A stretch of DNA of 64,000 bases from Squalus acanthias (Eukaryota). The notes below the pieces were generated by a model. The model was not told where the DNA came from, did no database searches, and saw only the letters and a list, made by a program, of their open reading frames with translations. Positions within the stretch are counted from its first letter, which is position 1, and each line of letters begins with the position of its first letter. Shown here piece after piece: positions 63,597 through 64,000 of the stretch. The position numbers and the translations under genes were made by a program. The stretch is taken from contig CM059431.1 in assembly GCA_030390025.1 (NCBI GenBank), positions 129,892,001 through 129,956,000 on the forward strand. The letters run 5' to 3'.

Positions 63597-64000
63597 ACCA
63601 CTTTTGCAGTTGTCACCTATTTACATCAATGGGGAGACATAGAGAACCCGACCTACTTACCTGACGTGATCTCCGAACGACGGGATCCTCGTTAAAAAAG
63701 TGGTAAAATAGAATAGGCTGGCAAAATAGTAGTTAACAAGCATTTAACTATCTTAAATGCCTCCCCCACCGCTTTGTGTCGGGACTGTTCTGAAATCACA
63801 GACCCAACACTTTGGAAACTTACATGGAGGCGGGTTTGGAGCGGATTCTCAACTTGCCATCAATCACTTCGATTTTGACAGCAGACCCGCCTCCAAACCC
63901 GCACTCTGAGCACTGGCAAAATTCAGCCCTTTGTGTCTGTCTTCACGGAAGAAGAGGCAAAAAACCTCCCGGAAATAGTGGAGAACCAAGGGTCTAGCAA

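Larger units (their letters stand above)
60986..63929. mobile_element. Internally deleted PIF/Harbinger transposon
   Basis: TSD TTT (60983-60985, 63930-63932); imperfect TIRs GGCCGCGATTTCGCCAG / CTGGCAAAATTCAGCCC; Myb/SANT exon inside. Confidence 0.88.
60300..64000 (+). mobile_element. CR1 EN/linker fragment split by a Harbinger element; continues past the window
   Basis: ORFs 60341..60670 (LGSSDHNMIEF) and 60797..; AAACAAATACTTT [insert] TTTGTGTCTGTCTTCACGG rejoin. Confidence 0.88.

Overview
Non-coding, repeat-dense vertebrate DNA, almost certainly from a shark or ray: it carries HE1-type V-SINEs, SacSINE1-like Deu-SINEs and HER1-like CR1 LINEs. I could not support any host protein-coding exon; every recognisable ORF is transposon-derived. 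Content: more than 15 decayed CR1 LINE fragments, two RTEX-like 3' ends, L2 fragments, and a Neptune-type Penelope-like element at 30336-33978. That element has a ~1 kb inverted 3' duplication, a 16-bp TSD, minimal hammerhead ribozyme motifs and a nested SINE. There is also a second Penelope 3' end with a hammerhead, three decayed two-gene PIF/Harbinger transposons (Myb/SANT plus DDE nuclease), and several Harbinger-type MITE families with 3-bp TSDs. The most unusual observations are: (1) a ~750-bp MITE family (3 copies) with a same-strand array of consensus 5' splice sites, an E-box/CCAAT module and a covarying internal hairpin; (2) a CR1 subfamily with a tandemly doubled 3' end; (3) a V-SINE that appears to have swapped LINE tails; (4) a cluster of locally templated duplications at 16.8-19.0 kb. 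Family names come from recognising motifs by eye, not from database searches, and boundaries of old elements are approximate.
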